From Nitrospirota bacterium (GTDB lineage Bacteria > Nitrospirota > UBA9217): a stretch of 64,000 nt of DNA. The position numbers were made by a program, and so were the translations under genes. Below the pieces are notes generated by a model. That model had not been told where the DNA came from. It ran no database searches and saw only the letters and a program-made list of their open reading frames with translations. Positions 10,148 to 19,852 of this stretch are shown here, one piece after another; position 1 is the stretch's first letter; each line of letters begins with the position of its first letter. The stretch lies in contig CAWFSF010000003.1 in NCBI GenBank assembly GCA_963818475.1, positions 213,797 to 277,796 on the forward strand, read 5' to 3'.

Positions 10148-13100
10148 TCAGACACCAATGACCTCAGCGATCAAATGAGTGATCTTCGCGGAGTCAATGC
10201 TGCCGTTCGCTTCATCGCGCGTGATAATCAATGTGGCCTTTTCTCCACCACCTTCATCGTGCGGCAGAATGCCATTGGCCTTATACCAAGCAAGTTTTTC
10301 TTCCCAACGGCGTCGATAACTTGGAACATGAAGCATGCCACAGTGTTCCCAATAGAAGGTCAGACCAGATTCCATATCTTCGACGGTAAAATCGGGATAC
10401 TTGGTTACGCCCGCGATAGTGAGTGGTTGTTCGTAACCATATTCTACATTTTTGCTGGCAAGATGGTCGGCAATTATCACCTCAGATTTGGATCGTACCA
10501 TCTCGCCTCGTGCGGTGCGATGAATGAGATGTTCTTCATAAAATCGGCCGTCAATAATGATGGGTGATGGTGCAGTGAAAAGATTGGTCAGGCGACGCGC
10601 AGTTTCAGAACGATCGTCAGAAGAGTACTTGCGCAGCTCGGCTCGTGGTCCTTGGTGTAAAATGACGACACGATCTCTTTGTCTTGTTAGCGCGGTGTAG
10701 AGCAACTCGCGAGAAAGAAGCCGACATGGGTTGGGCAGGACGAGTATAACTGTTCCAAATTCGCTACCCTGCGACTTGTGAACAGTAAGTGCATAGGCAA
10801 GTTCAAGTACCGGATTGCCGTCCTCACTGAAGTCCTTATTGCTCGTAAAATCGTATTTGAAGCCAGGCTGCGATGAAAATTCCACTTCCAGTTTATAGCG
10901 CAAGTCCGGGAGTCCCTTCTTCCAAAAGAACCCAACAGCCATGCCAATCTCGCCATTAGCGATATATGCGTCGTCCTTATCAGGCCAGACCTTGCGATGC
11001 TTGTTCCACCACAGACTCGGGTCAGTATTGACCAGGTTGATGACCTTGTCACCATAGACAATCTCCTCCGGCCCCATCGGTTTTGGGTATTTTCGTTTCC
11101 AACCCTGCTGGCGTGTAGTATCTATCATCGCCTGTCGAAACTGTTTATGAATCAGTCTGTTCAGGTCGGGTACACCATGAGCTGCAGAGCGTACTGGAGA
11201 AAGAATTTGCCAACCTTCTGCAGTTTCTGCTGCTCCTGCATCCTCTCCACGGCGAGCATTAAAAAACCGGATGTCCTTTTCCTTCCAAGGTTCGCCTCCA
11301 AGCGTAGCATCGAAACCAGCGATGTCATCAGCACCACTAAGGTGTAACTCATCAACTAATACCTGTATGAGGTTCGTGCGCAGCTCTTCAGCAGTTTCCC
11401 ACTGCACAAATCGAACGTGGTTACTCTTGCCCGTGCGCACAACTTTATCAAACACATCATCCTCGCCGGGTGCGATGGGTGAGCCGCTGAACCATTCAGC
11501 GAACTGTAGGTCTTCCCGGTCAGCACCAGCTTGTCGACGACGAATGGTAAGTTCGGCGTATCCTGGTTTTACTCTCGGAAACTGCGCTGTGATACCTTCG
11601 GGGGCGAGGTGCTCAATAATGTCCACGAAAGGGCGACCTGCGCCGATGGGAGGTAGCTAACGCGGATCACCGATAAGTATGAGACGATACACTCCCTTCA
11701 GTGCCTGTATCAGTGCTGCGAGCATATCTTCGGTAAGCATAGACGCTTCGTCAATGATGACTGTGCGCGCCCCTACTTCCGTCGGATGATCGGATAGGTG
11801 ATAATGTTGGGTCCGACTATCATACCGGTGTGGCTTCAGGAACTGGGCAATAGTATAACCAGTAAGTTTGAGATTTTTTGTGGATTGCTCCATGCGCACA
11901 CGCGCCTTGCCTGTAGGTGCGAGAAGCAGGATGTCACCCTCTGCAACCGAGGGATGCGAACACAACACCGAAAGCAAAGTTGTTTTTCCTGTGCCAGCGG
12001 GACCTACAAGCACGGAAAGCCGTGATTCTGCCAATTCTTTGAGCGCTGCTGTCTTCTCCGCGCGTGCACTTTCTTCTAACTCATCGCCCTTGCCTGCTCC
12101 TTGTGCAGTGAGGTGCTTGTTTAGGAGCTTGCGCCAATCGGCCTCCACAACCAATCGCTTACCTTTGATACGCTTGTCAATGGCAGAGCGGATAGTTCTC
12201 ACCCATTTCGGCCAAGCGACCCAACTGAAGTGCAGGTGCTTGATCGGCCATTGCAACTTCACCTATAACAGCGTCGAAGTCGTCCTTCGCAACATTCATG
12301 AGATCAGCATCTACCTCACATGGCGGTTGGAGCTGCAGGGCACGGATACCGAGAACGACCTGATCCTGAGGCAACAGTGTGTTGCCGCCATTTGCCGCAT
12401 CCTCCAACACCTTAATGGTTAGCGCGCGAATCCGTCGAGCGTCCGTTCCCGCATCCAATGCCGTGGGCTCCGGAAGAGGATGTTGTTTACGTATCACTTC
12501 GTCTGGAAAGACCCCTCGGTCGACGGTCCATACGCTGATCGGGTCGGAGGTCAATCTTGTGTTTTCATAGAGCATATATGGGTTTTTGAGGATATCAGTA
12601 TCGCTGCATGCAATGCCTGCTTTGGTCCGTTCTTCCTGCACATATAAGGTGGTCGCCTGCTCGCGTATGATCTCGAATCGGCTTATCAGCTTCAACAGAG
12701 CCCGTCGTTCTTCTGGTAAGCGAGTCCATTTAGCGCATAGTGTCTTCCCGACCCCCTCGGCTAAGTCAGCTGGCAGGTGTTTCTTTGGATCAGCGAACAT
12801 CCTATCCACAAGCGGCCAGGGATCAGTATTATCACCGGCTTTCTCGGTTAAAGCGCGAGAAATAAAAGTACCAAGCTCAAGACCGAAAGCGGAGAGCGCA
12901 GCACCAAGCCCCGGACAGGGGCCACGCGTTTTCCATAGTTCACCCAGCCTATCATCAATCCACTTGAGGCAGCTATCCCACGGACCTGGAAGCACACTCT
13001 TGGACTTGCGAAGAGACTCCGCGCAAGCCAACAACGAAGAGATCGCGCCATCGTGTGTGACCAGCTGCGAGGCGTGAGAAAATTCGAGGAGCCGATCGTC

Positions 13101-13901
13101 AGGAGAAAAAGCCGCAATTTGAGCAGGGTCAAAATCAGGCTCCTGAGCTGCCTTTTCTATAGCGGCATGATAGGGAAGTAAGAAACCGTCTTTAAAATCA
13201 GGACGGATTGAATGCTGCACCATCTGCTCCCACAACATAGCGCGAAGCTTACCGCTCATGTCTTTGGTTGTATAGTTGTATTCGATATTTGGCGTAACAT
13301 GCAGCACACGCCCCACGCCGATTAGGATTCGTCTTGAGCCAGCCTCTTCAACAAAAGGGACTTTTTTCGCGTAGAATAAGCAAAGGGATTTTTCATGCTT
13401 CAGATGAGCAACGAAGCAGTCGAGGAGAGCTTTCTGATTCGACCGTTCTTGAACCCAACTTGTCGGAAAATTAAGTTTCGGCTCGCGTTCCGCTTGCACG
13501 TCAAGACCATAATCCTCTCCAAACTTTTCCATGGCATCACGCAACGCCCAAGCGAAAGGAATCGCAGGCGCTGAGTATGGGGGGTGGCGTAAAGAAGTCG
13601 GCGCAAAATGAGCGTGGCTGGACTCGGGGCCTCTGTTGTAGGGATGGTTCGCGATGCGGGTATACTCAAACGGTGCCATAAAAGCGACGCGTTCGGCCAC
13701 ACAGCACGGCCATTGTTCCTGTGGTAAATCTTTTATCGACTTACCCGCTACGGTCATTTCGGCTGCGTCATTACGATCCTGACCAATGCGTTTGAGATTA
13801 AGACATGCGCCATTCAATTGCGGATTTGCGCAAACACGGCCGTCCCAGCCGGTATCGTGCCATGGGACGCGAATCGATATGTGTCTGAGCGGATAGATCA
13901 T
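10148..13901 (-). CDS. Large RecD-like SF1B helicase with N-terminal Cys/His domain and C-terminal nuclease-like domain; interrupted by a frameshift near 12195 and a TAG at 11657
   Basis: Walker A GPAGTGKT, LLAPTGKA, IIDEASM, GDPR*LPPIG, AYALTVHKSQGSEF and ELLYTALTR; C-terminal RSKSE..YE..PDFT..YWEHCGM. Confidence 0.85.
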
Positions 13902-14003
13902 CGACTACCACCTCCAATAATATAACCACGAAAACCTTCAGTTTCGTTGCGCCGGGGTTCGTTTCTTTACCCTTGGCATTCCACTACCATATGACCCGTT
14001 TGT

Positions 14004-14441
14004 TTACAATGGCTCGCCATTCAGCATCCTCCTTCTCAGTTCATCCAAATGTTTCTCAACATATTCCAATATGCCGGTCGCCTCGTCGTCGCTCACAAGC
14101 CCCATCCCGAAGTGACTCGCAATGTAACAGAATGCAAAAGACATCTGCGGATCCGCCATGTCATCAGGTGCTGTATCCAGCGTTGCAACATAGCTGCTCA
14201 GGGCGGCTTCCGTCACTTTTTTAACGTTCTTATTCGATTGTTCCATGCCCCTGAACTTGAGGCAAACTCTGGGGGCCAGGTGGAACAGGTCCTTTTGTGT
14301 AATCGTAACACCGGCCAAGGGACCGAAGGGAATAGCCTCTTCCGCATCGAGATATGCGGCGGCGATTTCTTTCAGCCAAGCCTTCGGTGCGGAGGGGAGT
14401 GGTTTAGCTTCTTTCTTCACAATCGAGATCCTTGATGCCAT
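14004..14441 (-). CDS. Hypothetical protein (~145 aa)
   Basis: Likely start MASRISIVKK immediately after the upstream gene stop; protein-like composition. Confidence 0.6.
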   Translation of the reverse strand: MASRISIVKKEAKPLPSAPKAWLKEIAAAYLDAEEAIPFGPLAGVTITQKDLFHLAPRVCLKFRGMEQSNKNVKKVTEAALSSYVATLDTAPDDMADPQMSFAFCYIASHFGMGLVSDDEATGILEYVEKHLDELRRRMLNGEPL

Positions 14442-14451
14442 AAGAGGCTTA

Positions 14452-15036
14452 TCAATCTCGCTTCCCGCTATTGCGGTCTTTACGCGCAGTTTGCCGCTTC
14501 TGGTAAAGCCGCTCGGTGAAGCCGCCTTCGGTAAGGAAAGCCTGCTCAAGATTTTGCAGTTGCCGGCGTAAGAGGTAACTGGCCTGGTTGGTGAGGCAGA
14601 TAAGAGTGTTTGCCGCTGTTTCGGCGGTGGTGGTCCTAACCCCGTAGGGGTCGGACCGGTCTGACGAGTCGGATGGGTCTGACTGGTACTTCCTGCGTAC
14701 TGCGAGAGCTTCCGGAGAATTCTTGTCCCAGGTGCGCAGTCTCCGCTGGCGGAGAAAATCCTGATAGTCCAAAAGCAGTTCTTCAAGGCTGGCTCTCGCC
14801 ACGTTGGTCAGCTTGAGTTCGGTCTTCTTGGAGGTTGCGGAGGCCATGCTGCCTTCCGCGATATTTTGCACACCGCTCCGCGCAGCCTGAACCATTTGAT
14901 CATGCGTGCGCGAGCGCTTGTCCACGAAACGATCACAGAAGACTACGGTTGCATCGTACACGATTTGGGCAATTTGAAAACTGCGGAGCTTGCGGTAGCC
15001 GCCGTGAGGTGGGATCAAATCATGGTTGTCACTCAT
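14452..15036 (-). CDS. Four-helix-bundle protein with suffix domain (TIGR02436/TIGR04258-like)
   Basis: GGYRKLRSFQ, RTHDQMVQAARSGVQNIAEGS, ARASLEELLLDY and EGGFTERL. Confidence 0.9.
   Translation of the reverse strand: MSDNHDLIPPHGGYRKLRSFQIAQIVYDATVVFCDRFVDKRSRTHDQMVQAARSGVQNIAEGSMASATSKKTELKLTNVARASLEELLLDYQDFLRQRRLRTWDKNSPEALAVRRKYQSDPSDSSDRSDPYGVRTTTAETAANTLICLTNQASYLLRRQLQNLEQAFLTEGGFTERLYQKRQTARKDRNSGKRD
14649..14684. repeat. Array of palindromic GTCNGAC units at 9-bp period, inside the gene
   Basis: gtcggac cg gtctgac ga gtcggat gg gtctgac; encodes SDPSDSSDRSD. Confidence 0.8.
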
Positions 15037-15053
15037 GGCATCGCTCCTCAAAG

Positions 15054-15097
15054 ATTCGACCGGTCTGACAGGTCCGACATGTCAGACGAGTCAGACG
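15054..15097. repeat. Array of GTCNGAC units at 9-bp period, upstream of the four-helix-bundle gene
   Basis: ttcgac cg gtctgac ag gtccgac at gtcagac ga gtcagac. Confidence 0.8.
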
Positions 15098-15101
15098 ATG
15101 T

Positions 15102-17838
15102 TCACCCCAGCATCCTCAGGCTTTCCTCCAGCTTCTCGCGTTTCACCTTGAACTCCTCGAGTTTTGCCGTGTCCTTTTCTACAACTTCCTTCGGAGCCTT
15201 GTCCACGAAATTCTTGTTCGAAAGCTTCTTCGAGAACACTTCGATGTCTTTGGACATCTTGGCGATTTCCTTCTGGAGACGGTCGCGTTCCTGCGTCAGG
15301 TCGAGAATGCCTTCGAGCGGCACATAGATCTCTGCTCCTTTGATCACCGCCGTGGCAACATTCTTCGGCTTCTCCTCAGCAATGCCGATGCGCAGTTCCT
15401 TGATCCGCGCCAGGGTCTTCGCATACCCTGCGCTCTTTTCCAGATGTTCGCCGAGCTCCTTGCTCTCCACCTTGACAATCACCGTTATCTGCATCGATGG
15501 TGCAATGTTCATCTCGCCGCGAATATTCCTGATCGCCAGGATCAGGTCCATCACCATCTGCATGTCCTGCTCGATCCCGGCGTTTATCAGCGCATCGTCC
15601 GCGACAGGGAATGGCGCCACCATGATCGATTCGCATCTTGCCTTTTCCTTCTGGCATTCCGGACTCCTGGACTCCTGCACCCCGCACTTCCTCCGGAAGA
15701 TTCTGCCAAATCTCTTCCGAGATGAACGGCATGATCGGATGCAGCAGCCGGAGCGCTGTTTCGAGCACGTGGGCCAGAACCGTCTGGGTAGCTTTTCGCG
15801 GCGCTGCGCCGAGATCGCCCATCAGTGCCGGTTTGGAGAGCTCCAGATACCAGTCGCAGTACTCGTGCCAGATAAAATGGTAAAGGGTCGAGGCTACATC
15901 GTTAAACCGATAGTCAGTAAGAGCAGTATCAACATCTTTTATAACCGAATTCAAGCGCGAAAGGATCCAGCGGTCGGCGAGGGATGCGTCGGGAGACAGG
16001 AGTTCGGAGTTCGGAGTAAAACCCTCTTCCAGGTTCATCATGACGAACCGGCTGGCGTTCCAGATCTTGTTCGCGAAGTTCCGATAGCCTTCGATCCGCT
16101 CCGGCGCGAGCTTGATGTCCCTGCCCTGGGCCGCAAATGCGGTGAGCGTGAACCGGAAGGCGTCGGTGCCGTACTGATCGATCATCACAAGCGGATCAAT
16201 GACGTTGCCCTTGGACTTGCTCATTTTCTGGCCTTCGGCGTCGCGCACCAGCGCGTGGATATAGACATGCCGGAACGGCACTTCGCGCTTGAAGTGAAGT
16301 CCCATCATGATCATCCGGGCCACCCAGAAGAAGATGATGTCAAAACTCGTGATCAGCACCGACGTGGGATAGTAGGTGGACAGCTCCTTGGTCTGGTCCG
16401 GCCAGCCGAGCGTCGAGAACGGCCAGAGAGCCGACGAGAACCAGGTGTCGAGCACATCCGTCTCCTGCCGGATGTGCGTACTCCTGCATTTCCCGCAGGA
16501 GGCGAGATCCGTGCGGCTGACGGAAATATGGCCGCAGTCGTCGCAGAACCAGGCGGGGATGCGATGGCCCCACCAGATCTGGCGTGAAATACACCAGTCT
16601 TTGATGTTGCGCATCCATTCGAAGTAGGTGTTCTCCCACCCCTTGGGATAGAACTGGACGCGGCCGTCCTCGACGACCTTGATCGCCGGCTCGGCAAGCG
16701 GTCCTGTCTTGACGAACCACTGGGGCGAGAGATAAGGCTCCACCACGGACCGGCACCGGTAGCATTTCCCGATGGAATGGGCGTGGTCATCGGTCTTGAT
16801 GAGCTTGCCCTGTTCGCTCAGCAGTTCGACCACGATGCCGCGCGCTTTCTTGGCCGGCTTCCCCGCGACCAGCTTCTGTACGTCGGGCAGCACGTCAGGG
16901 ATATCGGGAAGGATCTGGGCCTTGTCATCGAGCATCTTGATGCGCGCAAGCTCGGGCTTTTGCCGCTGGCCCGCCTCGTAGTCGTTGAAATCGTGGGCCG
17001 GCGTCACCTTGACCGCACCCGTGCCGAACTCCAGGTCCACCAGGATCGCGTCCCCGACGATCGGGATCTTCCGGTTCGTGAGTGGAAGATCGACGGTCTT
17101 GCCGATGAGGTCCTTGTACCGCGGATCGAGCGGGTGCACGGCAACGGCCGTATCGCCGAGCATGGTCTCCGGCCGCGTGGTGGCCACCGTGAGGCGGATG
17201 TTGGGGTCGTGGCTCAGGGGATAGGCGAGGTGGTACAACTTGCCTTTCTCGTCCTCATGCTCCACCTCGATGTCGGAGAGCGCGGTGTGGCAGCGCGGGC
17301 ACCAGTTGATGAGCCGCTCGCCGCGGTAGATGAGCCCCTCTTCGTAGAGCGTCACAAAGACCTCGCGCACGGCGCGCGACAGCCCCTCGTCCATGGTGAA
17401 GCGCTCGCGCTCCCAGTCACAGGACGCGCCCATCCGCTTGAGCTGGTTAATGATCCTGCCGCCGTATTCCTTTTTCCATTCCCAGACCTTTTCGACGAAC
17501 CCTTCCCTGCCCAGGGCGTGCCGGTCACCCTGCTCCTTGGCGAGCTGCCGCTCGACCACGTTCTGGGTCGCGATGCCCGCATGGTCCGTACCCGGCACCC
17601 AGAGCGTATTCCTGCCGGACATCCGCATCCAGCGCACCAGGATGTCCTGGAGCGTCGAGTTCAGGGCGTGGCCGATATGGAGCGAGCCGGTCACGTTCGG
17701 CGGAGGGATCACGATCGAGAAGGACTCGCTCTGGTCGTTCTCGTCGGCATGAAAATATTTTTTTTCCAGCCAGAAAGCATACCACCGCTCTTCCACTGAT
17801 TTCGGCTCGTATGCCTTGGGCAATTCTCTCGTTGACAT
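15102..17838 (-). CDS. valS: Valyl-tRNA synthetase, with one frameshift near 15632
   Basis: PPPNVTGSLHIGH, WCISRQIWWGH, DTWFSS, KMSKS and the C-terminal coiled coil (KLSNKNFVDKAP). Confidence 0.95.
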
Positions 17839-17874
17839 GAAAACGATCTCCTTGAGCGATCACATCGCTAACCA

Positions 17875-17909
17875 AAATAAAAGAGGGGAGCAAGTCCCCT
17901 CGTATTTTT
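17875..17909 (-). terminator. Terminator of the chemosensory/RomR operon
   Basis: Minus strand reads gagggga-cttgc-tcccctc-ttttatttt. Confidence 0.65.
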
Positions 17910-17910
17910 C

Positions 17911-17943
17911 AATCCGAAATCCGAAATCCGAACGATCCGAAAT
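17911..17943. repeat. Heptamer tandem repeat (aaatccg)n
   Basis: aatccgaaatccgaaatccgaacgatccgaaat. Confidence 0.75.
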
Positions 17944-17944
17944 A

Positions 17945-18991
17945 CTATGGCTCCGCTTTCAGCCGCTCTATCTCTGCTTTGATCAGCATCTCGGCCAGGT
18001 CCGGAATAACTTCCCACGCAACCTTCTCGATCACCTGACGCGCCGTTTCCCGGACGATCCTTTCAACGCTCTCTTGGAGGACCTTCCGGAGCATCTCCTC
18101 GGACACGGCAACGGACGAGGCCGCTGTCGCAGGCTCAGGGCTTGTCGGGGGAACATATTCGCGCGCCTCCGGCATCTGGGGTATAGGCGTTTCCGGACGG
18201 CGCTGCGCCGGTTTTTCAAAGGCATCGAGTGCGGCAATGGCAGCCAGGCCGAGAGATTCGGCACCGCCGGCCTCTGCCTGTTCTGCGGCAGCAGACAGAC
18301 CGAGGCCTGCCCGCATCTCCTCGACGGCCTTCTTTCCGACGGGCAGCGCCTCTTCCGCCTCAACGGCCAGCTGCTCTTCCGCCTCGAACTCAGGCTCGAC
18401 CTCGAACACCGCCTCTTCTTCCTCAACCGGCGCCGATGCGCCCGGTCTCAGATCAACGGGGCTCGGGGCTTCCTCGATGATATCGAAAATGTCCATCGGC
18501 GCCGGCTGCGTCGGCTTCGGAACCGGAGCCGCTTGCGGCGGCGCAGCTGCGGGAGCCGGCCTGACCGCTGCTGCCGGGGCAGGCCTGGGTGCGGCAGCTG
18601 CAGGCTCGGCGGCCCGCGGTGCAGCCGTTGCGATCGCCTTCCTGACCTTGCCGATCAGTTCCTGCGACTCGAAGGGTTTGGCGATATTATCAACAATTCC
18701 GGCCTGCGTTGCCTTTGCTTCGTCGAACACATCGTCGCGGCTCAGCATGAGTATCACCGGCGTCTGGGCAAGCGCGGGAATCTGCTTCAACCGCGCAGAA
18801 AAGCTGTAGCCGTCGATCCGCGGCAGGTCGACATCCGCCAATACAACATCGGGCAGTGTTCTCCCGGCCTCATTGAGCGCCGTTTCGCCATCACTGGCGC
18901 AGCTGACCTCGTACTCCCTGCCCGAGAACAGCATTTCCACAACCTTCTGAATGGTGATACTCTTGTCTGCTAAGAGAATTTTAACCGGCAT
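17945..18991 (-). CDS. romR: RomR-like response regulator (receiver, Pro/Ala linker, acidic region, conserved C-terminal helix)
   Basis: KILLADKSITIQKVVEMLF receiver; C-terminal VIEKVAWEVIPDLAEMLIKAEIERL matches the RomR-C motif; lies next to valS. Confidence 0.75.
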   Translation of the reverse strand: MPVKILLADKSITIQKVVEMLFSGREYEVSCASDGETALNEAGRTLPDVVLADVDLPRIDGYSFSARLKQIPALAQTPVILMLSRDDVFDEAKATQAGIVDNIAKPFESQELIGKVRKAIATAAPRAAEPAAAAPRPAPAAAVRPAPAAAPPQAAPVPKPTQPAPMDIFDIIEEAPSPVDLRPGASAPVEEEEAVFEVEPEFEAEEQLAVEAEEALPVGKKAVEEMRAGLGLSAAAEQAEAGGAESLGLAAIAALDAFEKPAQRRPETPIPQMPEAREYVPPTSPEPATAASSVAVSEEMLRKVLQESVERIVRETARQVIEKVAWEVIPDLAEMLIKAEIERLKAEP

Positions 18992-19430
18992 GTAGCAACC
19001 TTTCACCATCGAGTATCATGATTTCCTGATCATCCTCATGCACAAGCCCCTTAACGAACTTCGGGTCCACGCCCTTCGGCTTGGCCATGCCTGCCTCCGG
19101 GCTTTTCAGCGGGGCCATCTTCACGACAGAATCGACGACAATGCCGAAGGGGTTCCTGTTCACTTCGAGCAGAATAATGCTCTGTCCGCCCCTCGCGCCG
19201 GCAGGCTCGGCAGCGGTAAAACCGATCGGGCCCGGCTTGGCCATGCCAAGCTGCTGAGCAATATTGAAGACGGGATACACGATCCCCCGGTACTCGAGCA
19301 GCCCTTCTACATAGGAGTAGGCCAGCGGCACCCGTCGTGACGGGCGCCAGGGCAGGATCTCGATGGCGCCGTCGAGCTTAACAGCGAAGAGCCGTCCTGA
19401 CAGCAAAAACACCAAATAGTTGATCGTCAT
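18981..19430 (-). CDS. cheW: CheW adaptor
   Basis: YLVFLL..FAV, VPLAYSYVEGLLEYRGIVYPV and GIVVDSV. Confidence 0.85.
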   Translation of the reverse strand: MTINYLVFLLSGRLFAVKLDGAIEILPWRPSRRVPLAYSYVEGLLEYRGIVYPVFNIAQQLGMAKPGPIGFTAAEPAGARGGQSIILLEVNRNPFGIVVDSVVKMAPLKSPEAGMAKPKGVDPKFVKGLVHEDDQEIMILDGERLLHAG

Positions 19431-19837
19431 GGCAGCAGGCCGTCCTCGTTCAGAAGCAGCACCAGGCTGTCGCGGTACCGGAGGATCCCGCCATAATACC
19501 GCATACTGGGGTTCAGGATGCCCGCCGGCACGGGGGCCGGTTTCTGCGCTGTGTCAAAAATCTCCGTAACCTCATCCACCAGGAGGCCCAGCGTACCCTT
19601 GGCACTCTGCACCATGAGCAGTGCCGTACCTTTGTTTCCCTGAAGGTTAAAGATCTTTTTCAGGTTGAGCACCGGGACCAGCCTGCCGCGGTATTCGCAT
19701 TTTCCCTCGAAGACCTCGGAGAGGCTTTTATCCTTCTGGATATCGCGCGGCACCGTGATCTCCAGCAGGCGGGAGATAGGAATGGCGTAGCCCTCTCCCT
19801 GCAGCGAGAGTATAAGATATCGTGTTCCTTCAGCCAT
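19427..19837 (-). CDS. cheW: CheW adaptor
   Basis: GYAIPI, YRGRLVPVLNL and GLLVDEV. Confidence 0.85.
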   Translation of the reverse strand: MAEGTRYLILSLQGEGYAIPISRLLEITVPRDIQKDKSLSEVFEGKCEYRGRLVPVLNLKKIFNLQGNKGTALLMVQSAKGTLGLLVDEVTEIFDTAQKPAPVPAGILNPSMRYYGGILRYRDSLVLLLNEDGLLP

Positions 19838-19852
19838 ACGCTCTCGTGGAGA

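Noticed and set aside
6600-15100. Prophage or ICE
   Set aside because: No integrase, structural, relaxase or conjugation genes and no att duplication were seen.
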